A stretch of DNA of 63,397 bases, counting the filler, from Trichomonas gallinae (taxonomy: Eukaryota), in assembly GCA_008369845.1 (NCBI GenBank). It is 10 parts of 10 records of this genome, joined end to end, with 100 filler letters (N's around TTAATTAATTAA, not from the genome) between each part and the next. Parts side by side here need not be neighbours in the genome. Positions count along the whole stretch, not along the records: positions 1 to 18,402 come from MRSU01001414.1; positions 18,503 to 23,366 come from MRSU01001420.1; 8 more parts are not named here. One strand, given 5' to 3'. A model generated the notes under the pieces. That model made no database searches and was not told the DNA's origin. It was given only the letters and a program-made list of their open reading frames with translations. Position 1 is the first letter of the stretch. Every line of letters starts with the position of its first letter. Of the stretch, positions 11,049 to 23,466 are shown one piece after another. Made by a program: the position numbers and the translations under genes.

Positions 11049-12791
11049 ATGAAATCCCATCAAATGTTAGTTCATATTGATGGGAAACGTCCTTATTGTG
11101 TCATGGTTGAGACTCTTGTTGTCAGTGACCAACTTATACAGATTGCTTCCAATGCTTTACAAAGATATAATTCAATTAACTGCACCACATTCGATATTTC
11201 GCAAGTACAAGTGTTTATTATCGATGAAAATGATACTGTAGAGATTCCTGTTAAAAATTTTGATCAAGATCCATCAGGTTACGAAATGGTTATTCGACTT
11301 CCGGATTTTGAACCAATAGAACATAAAATAACAGTCAAACCTGATAGAGAACTGAAATATATCGAATCTGCTTTAGAATTAAAGAAAAAAGGAGATTTTT
11401 TGTCTGCAATAACAATGTCGATGTATACACCTGGAAATTATTTAAAATTATCAACAGAATTCAAACTCAATATCTATTCGCAATTAAAGCCATACGAAAC
11501 AAAAGATTTTAGACTACTTACTCCACAAAAATTAACATTAGAACAACTTCTTCAAAAATGCGAAGAGAATTACGACAATATTATGCTATTTAGGATGTAT
11601 TGTCTCGAGATTGCCAAGAAATTTCCATTTTTAGTCATCAAAATTATTTTTAATTTTCCAGAAATGCTTCAATTACTTCCAGAATTCACAGACGATGAAG
11701 AGAAATTCGAATACGTGCTGAGTGAAATCAAGCAAATTAGCGTTACTCCAGCCTGTCTTAAATATATTTCTGAAATATATTTTAATCAAGGTTTAATCGA
11801 ATACTCTTCACGAATTTACAATTCAATAGATATGGTTGCTGCATGTTCAGATGAAGACTTTAGAAATTACTGCTGGAAATTATTTTTACTTCATGATATG
11901 CCTAAATTGCATCAATCTCTTGTCATTTTCTTCAGAATCAACAGACAGATCAGTATAGGTGTCTTAACATTCGATAGAGTCTACCAATTGCTTTGTGATT
12001 TATATACTGGCACATCAACACTAGATTCCATCAATAACATCCACTATACAACGGTTTCTTACGAAAGTAGGCCGTTTTTATGCCACATTTGTTTCCTTGC
12101 TGGCCTTTGTTTGTTTTATTGTGGAATGTTTGACCAATTTTACTTAATTTTTCAATGCCATCCTGGTGTTCCGGCCCAAGAGCTTCTCAGAATGAAGCCA
12201 TCAGCAAGAGAATGGAAAGTTGGCAAAGCAATATTGTTAAATCAAGGATGGGGCTGTGAAAAGCTTCCAAAAGACAGAATGAACTGTGTTTTAGCTGACT
12301 ATCCACAGTATAAATACAATTTCTCGCTGTATCCCGTCTCAAGGCCACATGATACTTATTTATTATCTCATGTTTCGTTTTATGAGATTGCAAATCCACT
12401 ACCATCTTTCTCTAAGCGATGCTTCTGGAATTTAGTTGATATCGCGAGCCAGTATCATACATTGACGATATTAAATGGTAGATATGACTACAAGAGTGTT
12501 ATGCCGCATTTGATACAGAATAGAGTATTTGCGTCAACAAGAGCAGCATTAGACGCAATCGCGAATTGCACAGCTGAAATTTTCACGCAAATTCACGAAA
12601 AATATCCACATCTTAAGCTAGTCTTTGTTGAACTCCCTGTCTACGACAATGACATCGAGATCGATATAACCGATCAATATAACGAGTTGATTAAAATGGC
12701 TTTGCCTGATTTCGTCCAATTTCTTCCTCTTCCCGGCGAAGAAGCAGATACATCTGATTTATATGGGAAATGCTTCCCAAGTGTATATTAG
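11049..12791 (+). CDS. Hypothetical 580-aa protein (helical repeats, possible SGNH-like C-terminus)
   Basis: Long intact ORF; the C-terminal HEKYPHLKLVFVELPV..YNELIK segment is loosely SGNH-like. Confidence 0.75.
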   Translation: MKSHQMLVHIDGKRPYCVMVETLVVSDQLIQIASNALQRYNSINCTTFDISQVQVFIIDENDTVEIPVKNFDQDPSGYEMVIRLPDFEPIEHKITVKPDRELKYIESALELKKKGDFLSAITMSMYTPGNYLKLSTEFKLNIYSQLKPYETKDFRLLTPQKLTLEQLLQKCEENYDNIMLFRMYCLEIAKKFPFLVIKIIFNFPEMLQLLPEFTDDEEKFEYVLSEIKQISVTPACLKYISEIYFNQGLIEYSSRIYNSIDMVAACSDEDFRNYCWKLFLLHDMPKLHQSLVIFFRINRQISIGVLTFDRVYQLLCDLYTGTSTLDSINNIHYTTVSYESRPFLCHICFLAGLCLFYCGMFDQFYLIFQCHPGVPAQELLRMKPSAREWKVGKAILLNQGWGCEKLPKDRMNCVLADYPQYKYNFSLYPVSRPHDTYLLSHVSFYEIANPLPSFSKRCFWNLVDIASQYHTLTILNGRYDYKSVMPHLIQNRVFASTRAALDAIANCTAEIFTQIHEKYPHLKLVFVELPVYDNDIEIDITDQYNELIKMALPDFVQFLPLPGEEADTSDLYGKCFPSVY

Positions 12792-13819
12792 TTGTTTTAT
12801 ATTTGTTTTTGTTTATAAATATATTATGTTATTTCCTACTATGATGGCGTTTCAGCAGCAAATTAGTCTAATATTACTAACAATAATTATTAATCAGTCA
12901 TTTATAAGTAATATGACTTACTTTTGACATGTTTGGACATTTTTGACATGTAAATTGTTTTGTCATGTCAAAATCGAGAATGTTCTTACTATGAGATCAT
13001 TAATTTAAACAAGAAAATAAAACTATAAGATGCTTATGTTAGGAATAAAGAAGTATTATGTCGTATTGTGTGTTTTTAACTCAACTACAATCAATTACTA
13101 AACTAAATTCACTCCATAAAATAATTTTTTTGTATTAAAAAGTTTGTCATGTAAGTATTTATATGTCAAAAGTCTAAATGATTAATCAATACGCTGCTGA
13201 TGTCTATGTATAAACTAACTCTATATATTGTTATATTCATATGCTCTTATATATGAACTTTGTAATGCTTGAAATAGCAGAAAATACAATCCACTCATGT
13301 TGCATTATTGCATATTTAGTTTTTTCTTCTAATTAAACCTCGTAAATATTGCATTTGTATTGGAAATCGTATTTTAATATAAATAATGTAGTTGCTAAGG
13401 TTTAATAGATGATTCTTTGAATTTTCATAAAATATTCTTTGTCATAATATCACTGAAATCTTAGAGATTATAGGTCACAAGATCTATTAAAACCAAAATT
13501 TTGTTGACTTAACCTATAATATTGATTAATTATTGTTGTCGATTAAATCATGTTTTAATTGCAATTATCGTGTTAAAACTGTCATATGTACCTGTAGTAT
13601 AAATGAATTTAAGGCTCAAAATCATATCTTCTCCCTTCAACAACCGAACCTTGAATAATATATCAGTAAATCCTTAGCATAAACAATCTATTTCGTCGTG
13701 TATTGGTCCATGCATCCTAATGGTAATGCCAAAAGATAATTAATGTACGAACATTTATAAACATTTATAAACATGAATAATGTAAATAACAAACATAAAA
13801 ACACATAAACTTTCTAAGT

Positions 13820-14719
13820 TCACATATGGATGCTACATCTTGAACTGCGGCAAAGCTTTGGCTTGATGATAAGCGATGTTTGGGATAAAATTGCGCGCGG
13901 TTTCGCTGCTAAGCTTTGTTTCTTGATGCAAGTCAATGAATTTTCTCTGAATATGGGCAGCTCTAAGAGCTCATCTACTGTTGGTCTAAGTTCTGGATCT
14001 AAATCAAGGCAAGATTTAATGGCAGTGGCGAGCAATTCGTCTTGTACATACTCTAATTGTGGATCTTTTGTCATTGCATTCTGCGATAACTGATTTCTAT
14101 CTTTACCAGTCCATGGAAGTCTTCCTGTAGCTAGCATGTACAAAGTAACGCCAACAGACCACATATCAGCCTTCTTTGGGTCATATACATTATGGCAAAC
14201 GATCTCTGGAGCCATATAAGGAACAGATCCAGCAAACTGCTGCTCTTTCTCGATACCTGACAAATTCGCTGATAAGCCAAAATCGCAGACACGCACTCTA
14301 TCGTACTGATCGATTAAGAAATTTCCAGGCTTAATATCAAGATGAGCGATGTTGAATCTATGGCAAGCGCGGATTGCCTTGAGAACACCAATCGCGTACT
14401 TCTTGACTGTATCAGAGCACAAGTTTTTATGTTTCCTTAGATATTGGCCAAGAGATGTCGGGCAGTATTCCATTAAAAGGTAAACGCTGCCTTCAAAGTA
14501 CTCGTATCCATACAAGCGAACGACATTAGGATCGTCGACTTGTTTCATGCAGTCGATTTCATTCTTATTGAACTTTGATTCGAAAACAGATTTTAGGGCG
14601 AAATCGCAATCGTAGTTGGGGTCGTAGATTCTGTATACTACTCCATTACCACCTGCGCCTATCTGTTCTTTGTACACGAAATTTCTCATTTTCAAGTATG
14701 TTTCATCTCTTGCATTCAT
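13820..14719 (-). CDS. Ser/Thr protein kinase, CAMK-like
   Basis: GAGGNGVV, ALK, HLDIKPGN, DFG, APE and DMWSVG motifs all intact. Confidence 0.95.
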   Translation of the reverse strand: MNARDETYLKMRNFVYKEQIGAGGNGVVYRIYDPNYDCDFALKSVFESKFNKNEIDCMKQVDDPNVVRLYGYEYFEGSVYLLMEYCPTSLGQYLRKHKNLCSDTVKKYAIGVLKAIRACHRFNIAHLDIKPGNFLIDQYDRVRVCDFGLSANLSGIEKEQQFAGSVPYMAPEIVCHNVYDPKKADMWSVGVTLYMLATGRLPWTGKDRNQLSQNAMTKDPQLEYVQDELLATAIKSCLDLDPELRPTVDELLELPIFRENSLTCIKKQSLAAKPRAILSQTSLIIKPKLCRSSRCSIHM

Positions 14720-17028
14720 TTTTTATTTTTAATAATTTTGAGGAGCTTGAAACTTTTGATATATTTACAAAAAAATAATAGCAACATTGTTATTGACATT
14801 ATTTAGCAAGCATGAAAATAAATTTATTAAGAAAAATGTTTTTATGATAATATGCAAATAATCGTATAATAAGCATTATTTTACAGGTTAATATTCTATA
14901 ATCATTTTCAATGGTTTACAATTAATTTACTCACATTTACAATATTTAAATATATCACAATATGTATCAAATATTTATCATTAAATACTTTCAATAGTTT
15001 ACGAAAGACTTAACGATATGGTTTATTATGGGTTATATTTAATAAATATTCAATTAAATTGATAAATAAAGAATTAAATTGAATAATAGTGTTGAAAATA
15101 TCGGTTTGGTATTTATAGAGTAGATATCAATATTATTATTTTAAACGCCTAAAAATAATTCAATTCATTACCAATTTTTTGTGAATTTACATGAAAGAAT
15201 AGTTGAATTCTTTAATTAACATTTATAATTATCACATAATATGTTACTTTTGAAAATTAATTGAATGCTCAACCAAGTTTTGAATAAATTTAATATTCTT
15301 GAACTGCATGATAAATAAATACTTCTAAAATAAAAATAATGGCTTCAATTCTTAACTCAGTTTTGAATCCATTTTTTGAGAATAAAAGTATAGGGCATAT
15401 AGTTAGCAATAGCGTCATAATTCAAAAAATTCAATGATTATAAAATTTGAATGTTCGCTGCAATTTCATATTCAATTTTTTAGAAGAGTAGAATATTCTA
15501 CGTTGGAATAAAATTACTTCTTATATTGTATTGTCATAATGGAATATATTTTCAAGTGTAGCAAAATCAAAACCAAGTTTAGTGTGAATAAGATATTTCA
15601 GATGATGGAAATCATTAATATGACTATTGGTATAATAATTATTAAGTCAAATCATTCTAACTCGACATTTAATATTAAGTGAAATATGATTGCTCTAACC
15701 CCATTCTAAAAGCTAAATTTGATATTCTGTATCAATGTGGAATCTAAATCAATAGGATTTATTCTTCTATTAGTAGATGAGACTCGGAATTGTTTTAGAA
15801 TTGATTATAGACAGGATTTTGTAGTATATTTGAGTCCTATATTTATTTCTTATATCAATATTAAAGCCTTTTAAGTCGATTTTCCCATATTAATCCTATT
15901 CCAATAATGTGTATAAGCTCTGAACCTTTATATACAATAAACTAAAAGTACCCACATACAAGGTGATATTATAAACGCAATACTCTGATAAAATTCGAAA
16001 AGTTTTTACAATGATTACTCTAGCGTCAATATTACAATTTATTTGTATACAATGACTTATATAGATAAGTCTTAGAATGCAATGTTAAACAAATTTGGCT
16101 ATCATGCATAATTAGTTATAATATACGGCAATTCTTGACTGAGTTATGCAGTAATTATGGATTACTTAGTAAATTTTCCTAACTATCCTTGAACTATAGC
16201 GATATAACTAAGTTGTTTTATCATTGCAGCATTTAAATATAAATATTTATCTAAATCTGGAAATTCGAATGATATGAGGAAATCAATAATCTATAATAGT
16301 ATACTTTCACTTTTGTTAAATAACAACAGCTCTAATTCACGATTTGGCATATCGAATTTGAGAAAGTTAAGTTCATTAAGCTTAATGTTCTCAATATTGT
16401 CGCATTAGGTTGTAATATTCAAAATATATCTAAATATTGGATTAAAAAGTTTGATTTTCATTGATTTTTTTTCAATTTTGAATGAAATAAAAAGTAAATC
16501 TCGAGAAAAGATATGAAATACTTGAAAATATTAATCTGTTATATGAGTCAATATAAATAAGACTGATTGAATATTTCATCTTAAGATCTTAAACAGAAGT
16601 GATCAAATGATATTTGTCAGCGAAAAGGATTTTTAATCATTCATGAAATACGATTAAAATCATGCATAATGTTAATCACGATGAAATATTATACCGGTAA
16701 ACTTTTAAAAATCGATTTTTTTTTTTTGTCAAAAATAAACAAACGATTATTTTCACCTCAAAATTCTGAACAATTTAAAGTAAAAATAGTTATAAGACTT
16801 ATTGTAATAATAATTTATCAGTTTTACCATGCTTTCACGCCCGTAAAAATAACCAAAAATTTCCACCAAATTTTTTAGTTGACACTTTTTATTGGATTAT
16901 TTTGAATTTTCAAAAAAATCGGCTGTACATATTGAAATATAGTCCTATTGGAGTATTTCTGTGAATATTTCCAAAAATGATCCAAAAATTCAGTATAGAA
17001 ACCTGGATCCGAAAATAAAAATCAAATA

Positions 17029-17934
17029 ATGTTCTTCCTGTGTGTGTCCTCACTTTGCCACCAGTACCAAGACATTGAAATAGGTCAGCACGAGTTTAGA
17101 ACATCATCAAATGCATTGGAATACATTGTCCCGAAAAATATTTTTGTGATTCTTCATCCACTTAAAGGATATGACGATGATTATGATGTTGAAGTATCCA
17201 TTGGTTCAGAAGAACACATTAGAATGCTTGGAAACACTAAAACTTATGCCGTTATCTTTGACTCAATTGGAATCATAAAAATATCAGCAAAAACAAATAT
17301 TTCTTTGAAGTACACAGCATTTAACATCACAAAAGTGTTTGAAGGCAATACTAAGCTCAAATGCGATACCTATGGCTATTTAGACGGAATTACAACAATA
17401 TCAGCACAATCGAGACCGAATCAAATGGGATCAATGAACTTAATTGATGGAAATAACTGTATATTTGTCACATCTGAAACAAATGAATCAACTTCAATTG
17501 AAATTAAGAATCAAAATAATAATTATCTTTTGTATTCCACACCAGAAGGCAAAACTATTCATAAGGATGATATAAAGAATAAAGGAACTTTCCTAGCACT
17601 CGTTAAATCATACAAACCGTACAACAATATTTCATTGTTATTAAATTTAACAATTCCGAATCATCAGAATGAATACCAATATGCTACATCTAATAGTATT
17701 CACAATGGAATCATTGGTTATAAACCAATCATCAAAATTTACTCCAAACCAAGAGATTGGATAAAAGTTGGTTTTTCTGTTGGTTGTACTGTTGTAATTC
17801 TGATCCTTATCGGAATATTCATAATATGGTACAAAGACAGGAAAAATACAATAGAATTAATTAATAATTCAAATTTACTCATTGAAAGCAGCAATGTTAA
17901 AGATGCTATTCCGGTTTCAAGCCCTTATGTTTGA
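17029..17934 (+). CDS. Single-pass type I membrane/surface protein
   Basis: Short hydrophobic N-terminus, TM segment VGFSVGCTVVILILIGIFIIWY followed by basic residues, C-terminal SPYV. Confidence 0.8.
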   Translation: MFFLCVSSLCHQYQDIEIGQHEFRTSSNALEYIVPKNIFVILHPLKGYDDDYDVEVSIGSEEHIRMLGNTKTYAVIFDSIGIIKISAKTNISLKYTAFNITKVFEGNTKLKCDTYGYLDGITTISAQSRPNQMGSMNLIDGNNCIFVTSETNESTSIEIKNQNNNYLLYSTPEGKTIHKDDIKNKGTFLALVKSYKPYNNISLLLNLTIPNHQNEYQYATSNSIHNGIIGYKPIIKIYSKPRDWIKVGFSVGCTVVILILIGIFIIWYKDRKNTIELINNSNLLIESSNVKDAIPVSSPYV

Positions 17935-18324
17935 ATTTATATCATGTAACTTTTAAAAATCAAGTAAAAACCAAAAGCGAGGAGAAAACGCAGATATGAC
18001 TCCTCGTTCTTTAACATTATTTTAAAAAAAAAAAACAGAGTTTAAAGATACAACTCTTCATTTTTGGGCTGGCGCAGATCGCAAAATGGACTTCACCTAC
18101 AACCCCATGTTCTGACCTTATGGCTATATTTAGTTCCCCAAGTAGATGCTAAGTTGTACGCACAGATATACGAAATATCGAAAATTCGTCGAAATGATAT
18201 GATATGATGAAATAAAAAACGAAGCAAATCCAAAATACAATGATTAGATAGGAAACGAAAATATAGGCTTATGTTACATTTCATTGAAGTAGTAGAAGTC
18301 ACTACATAGCGAGATAAAGTCGAT

Positions 18325-18402
18325 TTAAGGGTGCGCTTGCACGAAAACGGTTTTTATCGTCTTTTTTCATCCACGCTCATTTTTTAATCTCTAGACCTTT
18401 AG
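18325..18402 (+). mobile_element. Possible DNA transposon terminus (TTAA-GG, Kolobok-like) at contig end
   Basis: TTAA|GGGTGCGCTTGCACG just before the gap; resembles the reverse complement of 59139-59151 (TTAA|GGATGCCCT). Confidence 0.35.
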
Positions 18403-18502
18403 NNNNNNNNNNNNNNNNNNNNNNNNNNNNNNNNNNNNNNNNNNNNTTAATTAATTAANNNNNNNNNNNNNNNNNNNNNNNNNNNNNNNNNNNNNNNNNN
18501 NN
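18403..18502. other. Artificial contig spacer
   Basis: 44 N + TTAATTAATTAA (stops in all six frames) + 44 N. Confidence 0.98.
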
Positions 18503-19116
18503 AGGAAAGGTAATAGCGTTCATAATAAGCCTTTTGAAGTATACTTTTATTACGCCTCGATGACTATCAGCTTTTCGAAGCCATGGTTGAGAACAGCGGC
18601 GATAACCATGATCGAGTCCGAAAAAGTGAGCTTTTTTATAACGTACAAACCTCCGGGGGACATTTATTTATACGTGTCGAAATGGCGCTAGAATTTAGGC
18701 GCCATATGGTTCGCCGGCGCCAATGGCGGAACGATAACGATAAATTTGTTAAAAAAATAGTGGTAAGAAAAGTGACGATTTTCAATTTTGTTTGGCACTC
18801 TTTTTGCCTAGTAAATATTTTATTTGTTAAAAAAATGTAAATCAATAAAAGGATATTTTTGCCTGGAAGATTGGGAAAATGGAGTTTGGGAAATTTCCAG
18901 AATATCTTCCGAATTTGCATCCCTACATTTTAACTATACTTGCAACCAAAGAAGTAAATTTTATTAATATATTATTAATCTTCCAAGCGTTTTTTAATTC
19001 TATAATTGGTGAATATTATTGAATTATAAATAATCGTAAGTCGTAAAATTTTTTTGATAAGTTTATGAATTTTATACGATTTTATATTGTCATAAATTTG
19101 TCATTTAGCTTGTCAA

Positions 19117-20160
19117 CTGCTCATTAGTATATTATTTCTCGAACAGTCCTGGGATCAATACTACTCAAGTTCAGGCTATCAAGAATACTTCAATAAAACC
19201 ACTGCTACTGATATATTTAAAGGAAGTTACTGGATTCGAACATGCAATTTCATTGGTATCACAGAAAATGGTGTCATTCGATTTTACAGTCTTGAAGCAG
19301 ATACTTTAGTTCTACATGAAATTTGTTCATTTGTTGACTGTTATCAAAGCCGACCAGGATGTTGTTGTATGTTTTTTGGAGAAGGAACTGAATGTATCCA
19401 AGAACGAATAACATCAAGCAAATGCTATTCACTTTATGGTCCTCATTTTTGTCATGTTAAAATAGATCCAAAAATTGCTGAAAACAAACGAAATTTTTTA
19501 CTCTCTTCATCAATAGACTTATGCTCATATGACAAAGAAAATCCTGGATTGGGGTTAGTTATTGATAATTCATTTGGAGTTCATCATTTGTCATCGGTTA
19601 ATGTAACAAATTGTGAAACCAGTTATTCGGGTGCAATAGACATTCGTCAATTTTATAATCAAAGCTTTCTTGTACTATCAAATATAATAAACAACACAGC
19701 TGGATCAAGGATTTCCGAATATACTTTCACTATGACTTATTTTTTTATAAGTAAAGATGATTCAATTTTTAAGATTGATAGGTGTTCATATTTTAGAAAC
19801 AAGCAACTGAAATCAAATCTTTGTTTAATAGGTATACATACTGGACTTATCAGCATTTCTCAATGTTGTTTCTCAAATAATAGTGTCGCTTATACATTTT
19901 ATATATCTACAAATAACGCCATAGCATTTGTTTATGAATGTTTTATTGATAAAATAATACTTGATCCATCAGGAACTAAATTGTTATATACAGAAAAAGA
20001 AATAATAGAAGCAGATAAATGCTTTTTTCGTTGGCAGGGAAACACAATTGAAAAAGGACATTGGGCAGGAGATTGCAAATGTGATATTCAATGTACTGAA
20101 AACTTTTTCAAATATGATGGCTTCATGATGAATCTTATCATGTTTACTGCATATTCATGA
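19117..20160 (+). CDS. Cys/Asn-rich beta-helix-like family protein with CTG in place of the start codon
   Basis: The frame is open 84 codons upstream of ATG 19369, back to CTG 19117 (LLISILFLEQSWDQYY), matching the family's signal-like N-terminus plus WxxYF/Y motif. Inr TCATT at 19101. Confidence 0.6.
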   Translation: MLISILFLEQSWDQYYSSSGYQEYFNKTTATDIFKGSYWIRTCNFIGITENGVIRFYSLEADTLVLHEICSFVDCYQSRPGCCCMFFGEGTECIQERITSSKCYSLYGPHFCHVKIDPKIAENKRNFLLSSSIDLCSYDKENPGLGLVIDNSFGVHHLSSVNVTNCETSYSGAIDIRQFYNQSFLVLSNIINNTAGSRISEYTFTMTYFFISKDDSIFKIDRCSYFRNKQLKSNLCLIGIHTGLISISQCCFSNNSVAYTFYISTNNAIAFVYECFIDKIILDPSGTKLLYTEKEIIEADKCFFRWQGNTIEKGHWAGDCKCDIQCTENFFKYDGFMMNLIMFTAYS

Positions 20161-20216
20161 AAAATAATATTAATATTAAAGAATCAATTTATAGAATAAA
20201 ATTGCCCATGATAATA

Positions 20217-20969
20217 TTATTGCAAATTGAAAAGAGGTTCATTCAAGAGTGATGCGGTTGTTGTGCCAATAGTGACTGTCTGTGCATAACGGCGAAGTGC
20301 AGTTGTCAAGTTCTTCTTTGTTTCGACAGCTGTCATGTTCGGTGATGTCTTCAGTGCCTTCATCAAGTTGTATGTGAACATTCCTTGCTCGACTCTGTCT
20401 GCGACTGTCTGCTTTGCTGTTTGCTTGTCGTTAGCAGCAGAGATAGAGATCACTCCTTCTGGGAGCTTCCGTCCATTGACGTTTCCTCCCTGAAGATCCC
20501 AAACTGTTCCTGAGTGGCAGCAGTCAGAGATGAGGATCACTTTGTTCTGGTTGTTCTTGTTCTTGATCAAGCTGTCGACGAGGTCATCGTCGACGACATT
20601 TCCATCAACGAAAACTAATGCCTCATCTTCGCCATCTGCTTCGTCACCATTTGTGTCAACAACGTTTGTTCCGTGTCCAACATAGAAGACAGCAAGTTCC
20701 TTCATTGTGTTCTGTAGGAAGAAAGCGAGTTTGTCCATGAATCCTTTCTTCTTCGAGTCAAGTGTATAGAAGACCTGGTATCCATACCTCTTCAAACACT
20801 TCGCCATGTTGTATCCATCGTTCAACGGACCATCACCGAGGGAATATCTTGTTCCGATGTAGCAGTTGATGACAACAAAGCCAACTCTCTGGAGGTTCTT
20901 TGGAAGATTGTTCACGCTGACATTCGTGATGTCTGTTCCGTACTTTTTAATGTTTGTCTTTGCACTCAT
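20217..20969 (-). CDS. Metacaspase (peptidase C14, clan CD)
   Basis: FYVGHG, DxxGDEADGEDEAL and ISDCCHSG motifs give the His-Cys dyad. ATG at 20969 after Inr TCACTTCATT. Confidence 0.92.
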   Translation of the reverse strand: MSAKTNIKKYGTDITNVSVNNLPKNLQRVGFVVINCYIGTRYSLGDGPLNDGYNMAKCLKRYGYQVFYTLDSKKKGFMDKLAFFLQNTMKELAVFYVGHGTNVVDTNGDEADGEDEALVFVDGNVVDDDLVDSLIKNKNNQNKVILISDCCHSGTVWDLQGGNVNGRKLPEGVISISAANDKQTAKQTVADRVEQGMFTYNLMKALKTSPNMTAVETKKNLTTALRRYAQTVTIGTTTASLLNEPLFNLQ

Positions 20970-22116
20970 GCAGATAAATGAAGTGATTTCCAATTGAGAA
21001 CACTGATAATTCTATTGTTTATTGATCTTAAACTTTGCAAAAAGCAACGATCTATATGAGTATAGCTAAATTACAAGTTTAGATTTAACCTCATATAAAA
21101 AGTGGCGATTTTTTGATAACAGCAGCACGTTAGAAGTTTTTTGAAAATTTTGAGGTTTAAATTTTTACGTCATCTTAACATCATCGAAAAACATTCTACA
21201 ATTGTCAGCTTTTTTCATCTGTTTAGGAGTAATACATATGAACGGATCAAAAAATTTTATAAAAACAATCAGTGAGGTTAGTTATCACTCTTGCTGCATT
21301 ATTTTAGCTTGCCCGTTGTTTATATTAAATTTGGATAGATAAGAAATCTGATTTTATGATTGTAATTTGAATCGTTCAAAATTTATGTGATGATTGGAAT
21401 TATACTTATTACAACGGTGAATGTCTTTGTCCAACATGCAAAAGATTGATCTTAAAGGAAATTAATTTTGCGATTCTCCTTTGAAATTTGATTTATGGCT
21501 TATTTTAGATATATTTCAGTATATTTGCTTTAGAAATGGCGATATTTAATACTATTATTTCCATATAACAAAAAATTATAAATTTTTTTTTGATTGTGGT
21601 ACATTGCACATAAAAGTATATTTAGTAATATTAAGTCATTCAGCATTCAAAATATCTCGCATATTATGTATATAAATATCGATAATATCAAATTCGGATA
21701 TCATCAAGGCTGATGAGGTATTGATTTTGATGTAGTCAATGAGATTAATTTATCTAACATCAGAAAACAAATATCAAAAACAAATATTTAAAAAAAGAAA
21801 TATAAATGGAAACACACCTATCTACTCATATCCATAAGCACTATTAGGTTGTTACACTCAGATATATCCATACTATGGATAATAGTGCTATAAAGCTAAA
21901 AAGCTTGTCAAACTTCAAAATGGACTTCTGGTGTTGTAGGACACATCTGTTAGACAGTTGTGATATGTGCTTTTGCTGATACTTAAATTGATGCAATAGT
22001 TGCTTTTGATTCAACTTCATATGTTTTTTATATGTATAATGCAATATGCATTAAAATTTATATATAATTTTGGGTATCCAATAGATTTTAATAATGTCTG
22101 AGTTATTTTTTCATAA

Positions 22117-22941
22117 ATGCAGCTGATTGTAAATAACATCTCTTGGATAATTTCAGCTGCGGTCATAGTTTTTGTATCAATCAGTCTATTGATGAAAATA
22201 GAAGATACTTATGATGGATATGAACAATATTGGCAAACAAATTCTCAAAATCAAGAAATAAATCTTTCAAATTGCTGCATTGCAACTACATTCAATAGAG
22301 ATACTGCTTTAAATGCAATAGTACTTGGTCATTCATTACATAATCTTGGTATAAATAATATTCGAATTTTTGCATTCTCAAAGAATAAAGATACATCCGA
22401 AAAACAAAAGATAATCGAATCATTGTTCAATTATACTGAATATAATAGTAATAATAATGATGAAAAATCAATATATAACAATTTTTGGATTGCAAATCAA
22501 TGTAAAAGAATTATTTCGGTTTCTCCTATGGGTATTTTCAATAAATTTCCATTCGATGCATGCAAATCAACTGGATTTTCGGCAGTTGCACAGCTCAATG
22601 ATATAATAAAATACGATTCACACTTTTTTGCATTAGATACTGAAGGTATAAAAGGCAATCATTTAGACATTCTGTTCGATGGCAAAATTACTGGTATTTA
22701 TCATGATTACAATCCATTACCAACAGATTATTGCGTGAAAGATTATTTTAATGAATTTCTAGACTTTTGGTCGAGATTTGCTTCTCCTACATACATTACA
22801 TATAGCTCAAAAACATTCAGCAGCGCATTATCTAAGAAATTTGCTAATTCAGATCGAGATAGTTCAATCTATTTATATCCACTTATTTATAAAGTAGTTA
22901 ATGAAGCAAATATGAAGTATAATTTCACTATATTGAATTGA
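22117..22941 (+). CDS. Type II membrane protein, divergent glycosyltransferase family 8 (glycogenin-like)
   Basis: N-terminal TM anchor and GT8-like ALNAIVLGHSL motif; no clear DxD motif. Confidence 0.55.
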   Translation: MQLIVNNISWIISAAVIVFVSISLLMKIEDTYDGYEQYWQTNSQNQEINLSNCCIATTFNRDTALNAIVLGHSLHNLGINNIRIFAFSKNKDTSEKQKIIESLFNYTEYNSNNNDEKSIYNNFWIANQCKRIISVSPMGIFNKFPFDACKSTGFSAVAQLNDIIKYDSHFFALDTEGIKGNHLDILFDGKITGIYHDYNPLPTDYCVKDYFNEFLDFWSRFASPTYITYSSKTFSSALSKKFANSDRDSSIYLYPLIYKVVNEANMKYNFTILN

Positions 22942-23290
22942 TTAGACAATTTTATCGTCTAAGCAAAATATATTCAATTCAATTTTATCATTTCAATTTT
23001 GAACTATTTTAGATATGGACACAATTAAGAACATACAAATTCTGCTCTTTATCATATGCTCATTGCATCTTTTCTTAATTTCAATTATTTTGTATATTTT
23101 TACGGCTTTAATTGAAAGTTCGAGTATAATTTAGTTATATCGATAAATCACGAATTTATCATCAACTCATAAGTAGAAATTTTCGAGCCAAGATCAAAAT
23201 TACAAATAATAACTTATGTGGTTTAATAAATGTTCTTGGTGTCAAGCAAATATAATAAATTCATTGGTGAACAATACCTTATTTTCTATT

Positions 23291-23366
23291 TACCGTCATC
23301 CGCTTTTCGGGGATCAGCTGGGTTTTCGGGGATCTATTCAATTTTTTGACTCACGAAAATTAAAAT
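23291..23366 (+). mobile_element. Possible Tc1/pogo-like terminus at contig end
   Basis: TA|CCGT start followed by two copies of TTTTCGGGGATC, abutting the gap. Confidence 0.3.
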
Positions 23367-23466
23367 NNNNNNNNNNNNNNNNNNNNNNNNNNNNNNNNNN
23401 NNNNNNNNNNTTAATTAATTAANNNNNNNNNNNNNNNNNNNNNNNNNNNNNNNNNNNNNNNNNNNN
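23367..23466. other. Artificial contig spacer
   Basis: N44-TTAATTAATTAA-N44. Confidence 0.98.

Noticed and set aside
14800..16650. Long ORF-free AT-rich stretch
   Set aside because: No recognisable RNA gene, repeat or coherent reading frame found; possibly old decayed sequence.
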